Made by a program: the position numbers and the translations under genes. The notes below the pieces were generated by a model, which saw nothing but the letters and a program-made list of their open reading frames with translations, was not told the DNA's origin and did not search any database. A stretch of DNA of 64,000 bases from a virus. Shown piece after piece: positions 26,824-36,356 of this stretch. The stretch lies in IMG/VR virus record IMGVR_UViG_3300050343_000215, positions 32,001-96,000 of that record, one strand, 5' to 3'. The stretch's first letter is position 1. Each line of letters starts with the position of its first letter.

Positions 26824-27792
26824 TCAGTCAAATTTCACAAAGAATGTAACGGTAACTACTTCTAGCTGAGTAATGTTAGCATATGATACCCTAAAGTTTA
26901 CTCTATCTCCTGATGTAAATGCAATGGGAGAACTACTCCAGTCTTCAATAACAGAAAAATTCTGTGCTGAATTACTTCCATTCATTTCCAACGTATTAGT
27001 TGTATTAGTTGTGTCACCATTAATTGACAATGCTAGACGGAAAGATTGAATTTGATTTTCAGAATGAACTGAAGCGGCATATACTTTACCAGCATAAGGC
27101 ATTACAGCACCCTCGGTGTTGTCTGTTCCTCCTTGAAACTCAGACCCACCAAAGACCATCGTAGAGTTTACAGCAGGCAATCCAATTCTACCATTAATAC
27201 CACAAGTAAATGCCATTGCAAGACCACCTAGGACCCCTGCAGACGATGTAGTACCTGCCCATCCATCAGTTGATGTAGTAGTACCAGTTACTGCTGCTCC
27301 AGTAGAAGTTGTATTTAAGTATGCTGATGTAAGTCCTGAAGAACCAGTTGACAAATATGTTGATGCAATATCTCCACTGACATCAATACCACTACTAGTA
27401 GTTTCAAATCTTGGTGTTCCTGAATATCTAAGTTCTACACTTCCGCCCTGAGTACATGTAATATAAGGATCACCGAGTCCTTGCTTAGCTCTAATAAGTA
27501 ATTTATCAGTTTGAATAGTTGATGCTGCAGGCGAATTACTATGATAGATCGTAAGTTCCTGAGATGTCCCCATCCTAACAGCATTTGTAGCAGGAGAACT
27601 ATTATTATATCCTATATTTACTTGATCTAAAGTTAATGTTGAAGTAGTAAGTGACGTTCCATCAAGAACTGTAGGTTCACTGGCATCATTAAAGGTAATA
27701 TTTTTTCCTACAGGAATATTAATCCCCTCCGTTGCAAGGAATGGTCCTAATGCGTCCTTACTTAATACTTCGTCTGCTCTTAGTCTTGACAT
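26824..27792 (-). CDS. Fibre-like virion structural protein
   Basis: MSRLRADE; VELRYSGTPRFETTSSG repeat; Ser/Thr/Gly-rich. Confidence 0.6.
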   Translation of the reverse strand: MSRLRADEVLSKDALGPFLATEGINIPVGKNITFNDASEPTVLDGTSLTTSTLTLDQVNIGYNNSSPATNAVRMGTSQELTIYHSNSPAASTIQTDKLLIRAKQGLGDPYITCTQGGSVELRYSGTPRFETTSSGIDVSGDIASTYLSTGSSGLTSAYLNTTSTGAAVTGTTTSTDGWAGTTSSAGVLGGLAMAFTCGINGRIGLPAVNSTMVFGGSEFQGGTDNTEGAVMPYAGKVYAASVHSENQIQSFRLALSINGDTTNTTNTLEMNGSNSAQNFSVIEDWSSSPIAFTSGDRVNFRVSYANITQLEVVTVTFFVKFD

Positions 27793-27796
27793 TTAA

Positions 27797-28027
27797 TTAC
27801 CACGTAGCGATTGCAACTCTCTTCCATGTATCTGTGCCAACGCAAACATAAAGATAGTTTGCATCCCAACAAATCTCCCCTTCAGTACCAGTATCACTAG
27901 CAGAAGCAATAGTTCTGGCACCTGTCACTGTTAATTTTTTACCCGTGGGAATAGTAAGACCTTCAACCGCAGAGACGGCACCAGTCTCTGTAAAGTTACA
28001 GATTTCATCTACTTTAATTCTGGACAT
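27797..28027 (-). CDS. Small virion structural protein
   Basis: MSRIKVDEI..GTEGEICWDANYLYVC..WKRVAI. Confidence 0.7.
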   Translation of the reverse strand: MSRIKVDEICNFTETGAVSAVEGLTIPTGKKLTVTGARTIASASDTGTEGEICWDANYLYVCVGTDTWKRVAIATW

Positions 28028-28040
28028 GATTTTTGATTAT

Positions 28041-28298
28041 TTATCGTGGGTATAGTTGACCGGAAGAAGGTCTTCTAGTATGAAATGCTTCTGCTGCTGT
28101 ATCGTAAAGACCACCACTAGGAAACCTAGAAAGTATAAAGTTTTTTGGAACATAAGGTCCGATTGGATTTTCTCCAAATATAAATGTAGGAGCAACAAAA
28201 GCAGTATTTGTTGTTGGTAGACCACCACTGAAACCAAAATCAACTGCTCCCGCAGCAGGAGCAAGTGAAAGTGTATGTGATACTGGTGTATAAGGCAT
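28041..28298 (-). CDS. Hypothetical protein (fibre cluster)
   Basis: 85-aa ORF coupled to the upstream gene. Confidence 0.6.
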   Translation of the reverse strand: MPYTPVSHTLSLAPAAGAVDFGFSGGLPTTNTAFVAPTFIFGENPIGPYVPKNFILSRFPSGGLYDTAAEAFHTRRPSSGQLYPR

Positions 28299-30943
28299 TA
28301 GGTTGTCCTCGCGAGAAGTAAGAGACCCATACTAGAGCTGTTATCAAGATCATCCAGAGAGTTTTGGTTGGTTTGCCATGCTGCTCTGATCACTTCATAA
28401 ACCTCAGATGCACTGATAGTAATCGTATCTCCTGGTCTAAAGTTAGTTAAACCTGGAGATGTAGAAACCTGAAGTAATACAAAATCATCAGGTAAAGTAT
28501 AAGGAACTGGCATCATCTTTCTAGACAATGGAATTCCTTTCATGGGACGATAGTAATCTGCAGATGCACTTACAGTGTATCCAGCATAATTGTCATAGGT
28601 AGCATCTCTAAAGTATGGTGTTGCTTGGGTACTAAAGTTATTGTTGGTATCAATATTACATGAATATTCATCTGCATAATCGTCCTGGTAGTAATCAGTG
28701 GAGTCTCTATAGTATCCATAAAAAGCTTCTCTAGCTAATGTCTGACTGTCTGTAGGTTCATCACCCGCACCCTGCCCATAATACTTATATCCAGGAGTGA
28801 TAAAGTTATTATATAAAGTCCTACCGCTGCTGGTCCAATTACCAACACAACCCATCCAAACATGATCTAAATCAAAGATATTTGAACCAATTTGATCTCC
28901 TTTGATTAGGTAGAATGTTCCATATTGGTGATCAATCTCATTAATAGTCTGCACAAATTGAATTATGGCAAAGTTACCATCTTGAGGAGACTGTGCGTTA
29001 TAAGAATAAATCTTTAAAGGATATGCTGTGGGAGTAGTGCTTGTAGCAAACTCAATGGTTGTCCAGTGATTTGAAGAATTAGTAACTCCTTGGTAACTAG
29101 CTTGATAATCTAAACCCGCTCTACCTGTATGGAATCCATAATCATCTCCATTACTATTTCCACCTGTTGTTCCCTTACGGTTCAACCAATGCATGAATGA
29201 ACCAGAAGAAATCCACATAGTGTGAGGATCAGCATCAGTATGAATTCCAAATGTATAGTATGAAGTACCGTATTTTTTAGTAGCATCATTTTCTAGTTTT
29301 ATTGTACCAAAGTAACCATTATCAGATTTTTGGAAGAAGTTAGGTCCAGCACCAAGAGTAGTAGTTACAATTTCTAATTTAGCATCAAAAGCATCAGTGA
29401 CAGTTTGATCTGCAGCAACACCAAAATCAACATCGTTATCAGGACTAACTCCCCCAATCTGATCACCAGGAACTGTAAATACTTCTCCAGTAGTCCATCC
29501 TTCTGCAACATTCATAATGGTGACACCGTAAAGCTTGCCGCCGTTGTAGTAAGGATATGAGTCCGAAAAACCCACATAGAATCTAAGATCTAATGCCCCT
29601 CTACCACCAGATGCAGGAACAGTATAGTCAAAATGAACATATGGTTCACCACTGCTTCCGTTGACGCGGGTATTTGCATGAAGAATAATATTTCCTGCCA
29701 TACCAGGAGTGGTATTATTGGCATAGATATATTTCTGCATACTATTCTCTTCATACTCATTAGCATTAAAATCAGGAAATCTGAGTTCAGTAGGCAAGTA
29801 TGAATTTAATTCAGTTTGGCGATAGTATAGTGTATCCAACCTCAATCCATTCTGATTTGCACCACCATCAAGATCAAGCGTTGGTGGATTTAACTCATTA
29901 CCAGTGAAATCATCTGGCCAGGAGACGTGACTAGTACTATATGGTCTATAATTACCACCTGCTTCTGTGTATTGTCTTAAAAGTTTATCTGAAGCATAGT
30001 CATCTGTATTTGAACACAATGTAAATTTCTGACCAAGTGATCCAGAAATTCTATCAACTGTAAATGTTGCATCACCATTACCAGTAGTAATTGTGATAAC
30101 ATCACCCCTAATATATCCAGTTCCTGAAGTATTAATTGTAGCGGTCTCCAAAATACCAGCACTTGAGGTAAAGTCAATCGTCAACCCTGTACCAGATCCA
30201 CCAGTAGTAGCAACATCAGTTCCAGTTACCCCATAACCTGTGCCCGCATTGGTCAAAGTAGTATGAGTAGGAATACCAGGAGTCCTATTATAAAAATAAA
30301 TCTGGTCACCACACAATACATTAATATCATTGTTATCAGCAACACTAGAAAATGCCTGGACAAGAGGAGCTTGTCTATTAGGGTTCATGGCAGAAATTGC
30401 AATTTCTGTTGCACCATTAGCATCTGATAAAGTTGCTGCAAGTTTAAAAGTATCGTTATCTACTTTGATAATATAATATGTTGTACCAAATGTCAGTTCG
30501 GGGATAGCAGCAAGAGGATCCGTTGGTGCATAAGTAGTATAACCCCAAACAACAGCATCACCAGTGCTAAATTGATGGTTTGCCGTAGTAAATGTATTGG
30601 TAGTTTCATCAACTTCAACTGAATCAATAAAAAGTTTCCTTAAAACTCTATATGCAGTAGTACCATTTGCATGTACATCATAGTACACATTCTGTCGTGT
30701 CCGAAATGGCGCTTGACCATAAGCATTGTGATAAGAGCTGTCAAATCCAGTTTGTAAATAATTGCCGGTGGGGCGGGCAGCATCACCATCATGCGATCGT
30801 ACACTCTGAGGAACTCCATCCTGTTGAGTACCTGAGTTCCATCCTAAATCACCAAAGACTTCTTCCAGAGCATCCATAACGTGCCCTGCATTCCATCCAG
30901 TGTTTCCATTATTAACTTGAACTGTGTTTTTTAAAACTGACAT
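28298..30943 (-). CDS. Large tail-fibre/receptor-binding-like protein
   Basis: 881 aa; YYIIKVDNDTFKLA..A and G/T-rich repeats. Confidence 0.65.
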   Translation of the reverse strand: MSVLKNTVQVNNGNTGWNAGHVMDALEEVFGDLGWNSGTQQDGVPQSVRSHDGDAARPTGNYLQTGFDSSYHNAYGQAPFRTRQNVYYDVHANGTTAYRVLRKLFIDSVEVDETTNTFTTANHQFSTGDAVVWGYTTYAPTDPLAAIPELTFGTTYYIIKVDNDTFKLAATLSDANGATEIAISAMNPNRQAPLVQAFSSVADNNDINVLCGDQIYFYNRTPGIPTHTTLTNAGTGYGVTGTDVATTGGSGTGLTIDFTSSAGILETATINTSGTGYIRGDVITITTGNGDATFTVDRISGSLGQKFTLCSNTDDYASDKLLRQYTEAGGNYRPYSTSHVSWPDDFTGNELNPPTLDLDGGANQNGLRLDTLYYRQTELNSYLPTELRFPDFNANEYEENSMQKYIYANNTTPGMAGNIILHANTRVNGSSGEPYVHFDYTVPASGGRGALDLRFYVGFSDSYPYYNGGKLYGVTIMNVAEGWTTGEVFTVPGDQIGGVSPDNDVDFGVAADQTVTDAFDAKLEIVTTTLGAGPNFFQKSDNGYFGTIKLENDATKKYGTSYYTFGIHTDADPHTMWISSGSFMHWLNRKGTTGGNSNGDDYGFHTGRAGLDYQASYQGVTNSSNHWTTIEFATSTTPTAYPLKIYSYNAQSPQDGNFAIIQFVQTINEIDHQYGTFYLIKGDQIGSNIFDLDHVWMGCVGNWTSSGRTLYNNFITPGYKYYGQGAGDEPTDSQTLAREAFYGYYRDSTDYYQDDYADEYSCNIDTNNNFSTQATPYFRDATYDNYAGYTVSASADYYRPMKGIPLSRKMMPVPYTLPDDFVLLQVSTSPGLTNFRPGDTITISASEVYEVIRAAWQTNQNSLDDLDNSSSMGLLLLARTT

Positions 30944-30944
30944 T

Positions 30945-33440
30945 TTATGCCTCTAATCTAATTGCGGTAAGGGTTACGTTAATGGTTGCTGCAGCACCAG
31001 AACGATTGGTAACTGCAAGATATACTGTATCTGTCGCGCTAGGCGAATCATTGTTATAACCAAAAGCAGCAGGTGCCATCCTAACTACTCCTGATCCTCT
31101 GGATTCAGCGATGACTCCTGACCCAGTGCCAGGATCATTTCCTTCACTTCGGGTAGCATCTGCTGTTCTAGCAGCAGCATCAGTATAGACTCGCACCCAT
31201 GCATCAGCATCAGTTTCAATTTTAAGCAAAGTATATGCTTTGTATGCTGTTATATTTAGGTCTCCTGTAATATTATCTGCCAGTGAGGATGTAGTTCCGG
31301 TGAAACTTTGACGTGCCTGAAGACCCACAGATCCACCAGCAGCAACAGTGACAACTCCACCAGCATCAATAGAAAGACCTGCGCCAATTTTAATACCACC
31401 CAAGGTGGCGGCGGCAGCGATTGGTAATACATATCCTCCAGCGGCAGCTGCGATATTACCATTAGAATCTACAGTAATAGTAGTACCGTCAGGGATAACC
31501 CCACCCAGTGCTGATGTTGTAGCAGCGGGTAATGAATATGCAGCTGGAACAGATGGTTTATTAAGAATCTGTGCTAACCCAGTAGTAGCATTCCAATCCG
31601 ATTGAACTGGTGCTGTACTAGAAATGGTTGCTGCTTTATTAACAGAGTCCCATGAGATATTAGTACCACCAGCACCAGAAAACTCAATCTGATCTGTTGT
31701 TCCTACAGAGGGATCAAGGTTCAGGAAGACATTATTTGATGTGGTGTTAGTACCGTAAAGATCATACAAGATTGCAGATCCACCACCGCCGCCACCAGAG
31801 GAGAGAACCGTGATGGTTCCAACCATATTAGAGTGAGCACTACACTGGTAGTAATATGTCCCAGCAACTGTAGGTGTCCAAGAAACTGTAGCAGTTCCTT
31901 CTCCAGAAGCAGCAGGATTGTTTACGCTAGAACCACCATTCGCAACCCTAATATACATTGGGTGCCCTACATATGTGGCAGTATTATCAAAGGTAATTGT
32001 ATCACCAGCATAAAGAGTGATTGAAGGATCAGCATCACCACTGAAAGTGTTACTGCGATCTGATCCAGTGAACAGATAATCTCCAGATTGAGAAGCAGTA
32101 GTAATATTATATGTGGTAGGAGTAGTTCCTACTTGAGCATTGATAACTTTACTACTGGTATCATATGTGAAAGAGATACCCAACTGAGTACCATTAAGAA
32201 GTGCCTGTGCAGCAGCATCCTTGGCTTCACTATCACTATAGGATGAACCTCCTCCAGATCCAGCACCTTGCCTCAGAGTAATTGTATTCTCGTCTGTTCT
32301 CTCAACAGTAAGACCATCAGCACCAGCGAATACAATATCATCAGTAGATGGTGTGCTATAAACATTTCCACTAGCAGTATAATGTGTACCAGTTAATCTA
32401 AGTTTTACTGTATTGCCTAATCCTGTCTCAGAAGAAATGGCATACTTTTTAGAACTGAATGTTAACGTATCATTTGAGGCAAAAATTCGTGTTTCGCCAT
32501 AGTAATTTTCAGCAAATTGAACTGTATCTGTGATAGTATCAGATCCAGTTAGAGTTAATGTCCTATTACCATCAAAACTTAAAGTATATGTGGTGTTAGT
32601 ATCTTGCTGAATGTCAGTATATCTTGCAACTCTATACCATGAGTTACCAGCAGCATAATAGAGTTGGTTATCATCATCATTAAAAGCGATTGCTCCTTCG
32701 TATGTCGTGGCACTTGGGAAACTTCCCTGCTGATCATACCAAAATGGAATCTTACTCGCTGTTTGTGTAGCAGTAGTAATACTATTAACACCTGTTAGAT
32801 TGCTATTAGTATCTACAACTAGTGTAGAATCTGAAAGAACTGTTCCATTTACCCCATCAAACAATGCGATAGCATTATCTGTTGTTGTACTAGGAGCACC
32901 TACAGTTCCTGATAATGAAGTAGAGAATGTTACTGTATTATTATTTCTAGTAATGGTAATATTACTACCACCTTTCAAGATCAATGAATCAGAACTACTA
33001 TCAGATCCTGTCAGCGTAGCACTGGCACCATCTACCTCATTAGCAAAAATTAAATCATATGTAGTATTAGTATCTGTTCCAGTGAATGTAATAACACCAG
33101 CATTTTCTGCCAGGGTTACACCTCCAGCACCTGTGAAGGTAACTTGATCCTGCTGTCCTGTAGCATCTCCAGTACCGGTGAGTCTCAACTTAACATCATT
33201 TACAGCAGCATTAACTGATGAAAATGCATATGCACTATTAGTATCAGTGAATGTAATCCACTTTAATCCAGAACCAGTGGATGCTAAAATTTGATTATTA
33301 AGTCCAAGACCATCCGACAAAGTAATTGTCGCACCATTCAAATCAAGGGTTTCCCCCGTTGAAATTTTCGCTCCTTCAGCAAAAATAACTTTATCGTTAT
33401 TCGCTAAATTTACTAGTTCGTCAACTAATAGTCGTGACAT
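30945..33440 (-). CDS. Tail-fibre-like protein with cupredoxin-like domain
   Basis: DTNTTY repeats; GHP..YYYQCSAHSNMVG; two Y.LP.A....LGG repeats. Confidence 0.7.
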   Translation of the reverse strand: MSRLLVDELVNLANNDKVIFAEGAKISTGETLDLNGATITLSDGLGLNNQILASTGSGLKWITFTDTNSAYAFSSVNAAVNDVKLRLTGTGDATGQQDQVTFTGAGGVTLAENAGVITFTGTDTNTTYDLIFANEVDGASATLTGSDSSSDSLILKGGSNITITRNNNTVTFSTSLSGTVGAPSTTTDNAIALFDGVNGTVLSDSTLVVDTNSNLTGVNSITTATQTASKIPFWYDQQGSFPSATTYEGAIAFNDDDNQLYYAAGNSWYRVARYTDIQQDTNTTYTLSFDGNRTLTLTGSDTITDTVQFAENYYGETRIFASNDTLTFSSKKYAISSETGLGNTVKLRLTGTHYTASGNVYSTPSTDDIVFAGADGLTVERTDENTITLRQGAGSGGGSSYSDSEAKDAAAQALLNGTQLGISFTYDTSSKVINAQVGTTPTTYNITTASQSGDYLFTGSDRSNTFSGDADPSITLYAGDTITFDNTATYVGHPMYIRVANGGSSVNNPAASGEGTATVSWTPTVAGTYYYQCSAHSNMVGTITVLSSGGGGGGSAILYDLYGTNTTSNNVFLNLDPSVGTTDQIEFSGAGGTNISWDSVNKAATISSTAPVQSDWNATTGLAQILNKPSVPAAYSLPAATTSALGGVIPDGTTITVDSNGNIAAAAGGYVLPIAAAATLGGIKIGAGLSIDAGGVVTVAAGGSVGLQARQSFTGTTSSLADNITGDLNITAYKAYTLLKIETDADAWVRVYTDAAARTADATRSEGNDPGTGSGVIAESRGSGVVRMAPAAFGYNNDSPSATDTVYLAVTNRSGAAATINVTLTAIRLEA

Positions 33441-33468
33441 TACATGTCCTTTATACTTTCCTTCAAAG

Positions 33469-33476
33469 TATTTATA
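33469..33476 (-). promoter_or_regulatory. T4-type late promoter
   Basis: TATAAATA upstream of the fibre cluster. Confidence 0.75.
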
Positions 33477-33482
33477 AATCTA

Positions 33483-34037
33483 TTAAGGGACGTAAGAATA
33501 CCATCCAGTAGCAAGATACTTATATTGTGTTTGACTGATCACACCATGATGATAGTGTGTCCATGAAGTAGGCCAAAATACTGCTCTTCCTTGAACAGCA
33601 TCAGTAATCAAATTATGCTGAGGAAACTTAGTGCCACCATCATCAGTAACCGTATTAAGATAAATCATCCATACCACGACACGATGGCAAGTATTCTTGT
33701 GTCCTGCCTCACAGTGTGGTTGTGGGTATCCACCACCAGGAAGATACTTCTGGAGATTATATCTATTCTCCAATCCCCAGAACCCTATTTCATTCAACTC
33801 AGGGTTTTTAATTTTATAATCTTCATAACATTTACATAGAGCACCATGTATCATGGTATCTACTTCAGTTTGATTTTGAAATCTATTGTGTATGTCCCAA
33901 CTATCTTTCATTGAAAGATTAACACCAGCACCGATCTCCCCACGCTTTATTCCAGAAAAGTTATCAATATAACTGATGATACTATCACATTGATCTGGTG
34001 ACAAAGCATTATCATATAGTTCAATAAAATTATTCAT
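33483..34037 (-). CDS. 2OG-Fe(II) oxygenase
   Basis: NLQKY..PHCE..WMIYLNTV.DDGGT..THYHHG..KYLATGW. Confidence 0.85.
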   Translation of the reverse strand: MNNFIELYDNALSPDQCDSIISYIDNFSGIKRGEIGAGVNLSMKDSWDIHNRFQNQTEVDTMIHGALCKCYEDYKIKNPELNEIGFWGLENRYNLQKYLPGGGYPQPHCEAGHKNTCHRVVVWMIYLNTVTDDGGTKFPQHNLITDAVQGRAVFWPTSWTHYHHGVISQTQYKYLATGWYSYVP

Positions 34038-34062
34038 AAAAAAGGTGGCATTAATGCCACCT
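34038..34062 (-). terminator. Intrinsic terminator
   Basis: GGTGGCA-TTAA-TGCCACC-TTTTTT. Confidence 0.8.
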
Positions 34063-34087
34063 ATAGAGGGTTTTACATGCCGCGCCA

Positions 34088-34118
34088 CCAATTCTTTAAC
34101 TGGAAATTGGAAACCAGT
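34088..34118 (-). other. Compact H-type pseudoknot 3' of stop codon
   Basis: S1 ACTGG/CCAGT, S2 CCAATT/AATTGG. Confidence 0.5.
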
Positions 34119-34121
34119 ACA

Positions 34122-34505
34122 TCATGAAAATGTAATTACATCTTGACCCGCAGCACCAGGCATAGGTACTTCTCCGGCAGCATAAGTAGCAGCACTATCT
34201 AAATTGAAATTGATATTGTCACCAATATATCCATCATATAGATCAGAATTAGATGAAGGAAACTGAGGTTCATTGCTACCAACAAAGGAACGTTTCATGT
34301 CTTCAATATCTTCAATGATGTTAAGAAGTTTACGAAGTTTAATAGCAGAAGCAGTGCCAGTTACAGAACCAAGAGCAGAACGAAGTTCTTTCTCAGCAGT
34401 ATCAAGGCGTTCATAGGTAGTCATAGTGTTTGTAAATTCAGGAGGTTTTGCAGGAACAAATTTAGTTTGGTTATTGAACTTAAAAGGAGTGTTGTTTAAC
34501 GACAT
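34122..34505 (-). CDS. Hypothetical protein (start may be 34424)
   Basis: ORF track; acidic C-terminus ..GQDVITFS. Confidence 0.65.
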   Translation of the reverse strand: MSLNNTPFKFNNQTKFVPAKPPEFTNTMTTYERLDTAEKELRSALGSVTGTASAIKLRKLLNIIEDIEDMKRSFVGSNEPQFPSSNSDLYDGYIGDNINFNLDSAATYAAGEVPMPGAAGQDVITFS

Positions 34506-34734
34506 TATTTTTTACATAGCAGGGTACGCCGTCAGGATCTAACCATTTGGTATATTCAAAATCTTCCATCGCTGTAGTCATCTGCATTACATTATCACAC
34601 AGGTACATATCTTTGTAACGCTTAGTCCAAGGATCTGCTTTCTGAATGCGAAAGTCTGGTTTACCATTGATTTCTAGTACACCAGACTCAATATAACGAT
34701 AGGGGAAACGCTCAAGAAGAACTTTCATAATCAT
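34480..34734 (-). CDS. Hypothetical protein
   Basis: LERFPYRYIESG..EDFEYTKWLDPDGVPCY. Confidence 0.75.
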   Translation of the reverse strand: MIMKVLLERFPYRYIESGVLEINGKPDFRIQKADPWTKRYKDMYLCDNVMQMTTAMEDFEYTKWLDPDGVPCYVKNNVVKQHSF

Positions 34735-34775
34735 GATGACTTACTGAATAATAATAGCAGGGGAAGCAGGAGTTG

Positions 34776-35279
34776 TCAAGGGTCAACCCAGATTTGTATG
34801 GAACACCGTGGGTATTCAGTGAGAGCAGAAACTGGTGTGACCATGTGTTCCTGATGAGAATCATTGATCACCATCATATTACGTTTGGGAACAATTGCTT
34901 TCATAATTAATGGATCGCCGTCATCCCAAATAAAAATACCACCGTGGTTTTTATCCCAAATATGATTCAAATATATTGTAGCACCATATCCATGCTGACC
35001 ATCATTGTGACTAGCAATACCAGCATTCTGTAACCAAACATAATATTGCATATCATACTTAGATCCCGCAGGAAAATATTTTGATATAGATTTAATTATT
35101 TTGTTTTTAGTTTCTTCAGGAACATATGTGTGAATAGAATCTCCAGTAATTCCCTTTTTAAGATTTGGATGCCACCTTAACATAGAAGACCCCCAACAAC
35201 GTTCTTTCATTAGTTTATCTAATTCAGAAGAACATTTTTTTAAAAGATCTTCAGGGAAAACTTTATGATGAATTTGCAT
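34776..35279 (-). CDS. 2OG-Fe(II) oxygenase
   Basis: IASHND..TIYLN..HGG..HMVTPV..RCSIQIW. Confidence 0.85.
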   Translation of the reverse strand: MQIHHKVFPEDLLKKCSSELDKLMKERCWGSSMLRWHPNLKKGITGDSIHTYVPEETKNKIIKSISKYFPAGSKYDMQYYVWLQNAGIASHNDGQHGYGATIYLNHIWDKNHGGIFIWDDGDPLIMKAIVPKRNMMVINDSHQEHMVTPVSALTEYPRCSIQIWVDP

Positions 35280-35497
35280 TAGATTAATAAATCAAGGTCT
35301 TTCTCCAATTGTGTCAGCACCACTTCATAGTCATCATCAGGGTCTCCGAACAGTTGCAGACCACGTATGTCATAAAACTCATAGATCTTCTTATAAATCT
35401 GTGGATATTCATCCTCAAGATTCACAACTCCGTCCACAGCATCATTAAGAATATCAATGTCCTCGGGGAACTTGCGAAGAATATTTTGTCTGTTCAT
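35279..35497 (-). CDS. Hypothetical protein
   Basis: 72 aa, acidic. Confidence 0.7.
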   Translation of the reverse strand: MNRQNILRKFPEDIDILNDAVDGVVNLEDEYPQIYKKIYEFYDIRGLQLFGDPDDDYEVVLTQLEKDLDLLI

Positions 35498-35521
35498 TAG
35501 TATGTGTGAGATACACTACTA

Positions 35522-35549
35522 ATTATACCATAAAAAATTTGAAGGTCAA
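35522..35549 (-). promoter_or_regulatory. Sigma70-type promoter
   Basis: TTGACC-16-TATAAT. Confidence 0.65.
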
Positions 35550-35743
35550 AGAGAACTATGAATTAATTCTTTTTTATACTTATACCAAGGATGTTCGTAC
35601 ACTTTAGGTAAAGATCTTTTAGATTGATAACTTTGTTCATGTAGATCTTGGATTTGATGACTCATTGTATGAAGTAGACCTTTTATGTAAATAATCTCAT
35701 CAGAAAGTTCTTTAATTTCGGCGTGAAGTTTTTCGTGTTTCAT
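35546..35743 (-). CDS. Hypothetical protein
   Basis: Start MKHEK; the ORF-track extension runs over tRNAs and is spurious. Confidence 0.55.
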   Translation of the reverse strand: MKHEKLHAEIKELSDEIIYIKGLLHTMSHQIQDLHEQSYQSKRSLPKVYEHPWYKYKKELIHSSL

Positions 35744-35760
35744 TAGTAAAAGTATACTAA

Positions 35761-35832
35761 TGCTTGATGACGGGATTGAACCGCCGACCGCCTCGGTGTA
35801 AACGAGATGCTCTACCGCTGAGCTAATCAAGC
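35761..35832 (-). tRNA. tRNA-Val(TAC)
   Basis: GCTTGAT acceptor, TT-TAC-AC loop, GGTTCAAT; no encoded CCA. Confidence 0.95.
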
Positions 35833-35835
35833 ATA

Positions 35836-35917
35836 TGGGCAGGGTTGGATTTGAACCAACGTAGGCAGAGCCAGTGGATTTACAGTCCACCTCCATTAAC
35901 CACTCGGACACCCACCC
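35836..35917 (-). tRNA. tRNA-Tyr(GTA)
   Basis: GTGGA-CTGTAAA-TCCAC, long variable arm. Confidence 0.95.
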
Positions 35918-35920
35918 AAA

Positions 35921-35992
35921 CTCCCAAGGCTGGATTTGAACCAGCGACCAGCCGATTAACAGTCGGCGGCTCTGCCACTGAGCTACTTGGGA
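35921..35992 (-). tRNA. tRNA-Asn(GTT)
   Basis: GCCGA-CTGTTAA-TCGGC. Confidence 0.95.
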
Positions 35993-36147
35993 TTGTTTTG
36001 TTCTCTCTTGAGTTTAAAGTACAATTTATAGTATCTATTACACATTTCTCTAAGAATTTTATGGTCTTCAGTAAAACCAAGATTCTTAGTATGTGTACAT
36101 GATCCTTCCATCTCACTAATAAGAAGAAGAATTTCAACTGGTTTCAT
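35983..36147 (-). CDS. Hypothetical protein inside the tRNA cluster
   Basis: Manual 54 aa MKPVEILLLISEMEGSC..; stop lies 10 nt into tRNA-Asn. Confidence 0.55.
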   Translation of the reverse strand: MKPVEILLLISEMEGSCTHTKNLGFTEDHKILREMCNRYYKLYFKLKREQNNPK

Positions 36148-36169
36148 AATGTAATGCCTCAAGAGAGGA

Positions 36170-36241
36170 AGCCCTCAGTAGGATTTGAACCAACGACCTA
36201 CGCTTTACAAAAGCGTTGCTCTACCACTGAGCTATAAGGGC
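36170..36241 (-). tRNA. tRNA-Thr(TGT)
   Basis: ACGCT-TTTGTAA-AGCGT. Confidence 0.95.
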
Positions 36242-36245
36242 AAGG

Positions 36246-36319
36246 CGACTCAGGTGGGACTTGAACCTACGACCGACTGCTTAGAAGGCAGTTGCTCTAT
36301 CCATCTGAGCTACTGAGTC
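36246..36319 (-). tRNA. tRNA-Arg(TCT)
   Basis: ACTGC-CTTCTAA-GCAGT. Confidence 0.95.
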
Positions 36320-36327
36320 ATGTAATA

Positions 36328-36356
36328 ATTATACCCTATGCAATTGATCTTGTCAA
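36328..36356 (-). promoter_or_regulatory. Consensus sigma70 promoter of the tRNA operon
   Basis: TTGACA-17-TATAAT. Confidence 0.9.

Noticed and set aside
34119-34124. Selenocysteine recoding of the TGA before the pseudoknot
   Set aside because: The downstream structure lacks a bacterial SECIS-like apical GU loop, and no Sec machinery is present in the window.
35744-36137. ORF-track calls 35546..35911 (5' part), 35845..36102 and 35880..36137
   Set aside because: They translate through tRNA genes; the plausible ORFs are 35546..35743 and 35983..36147.
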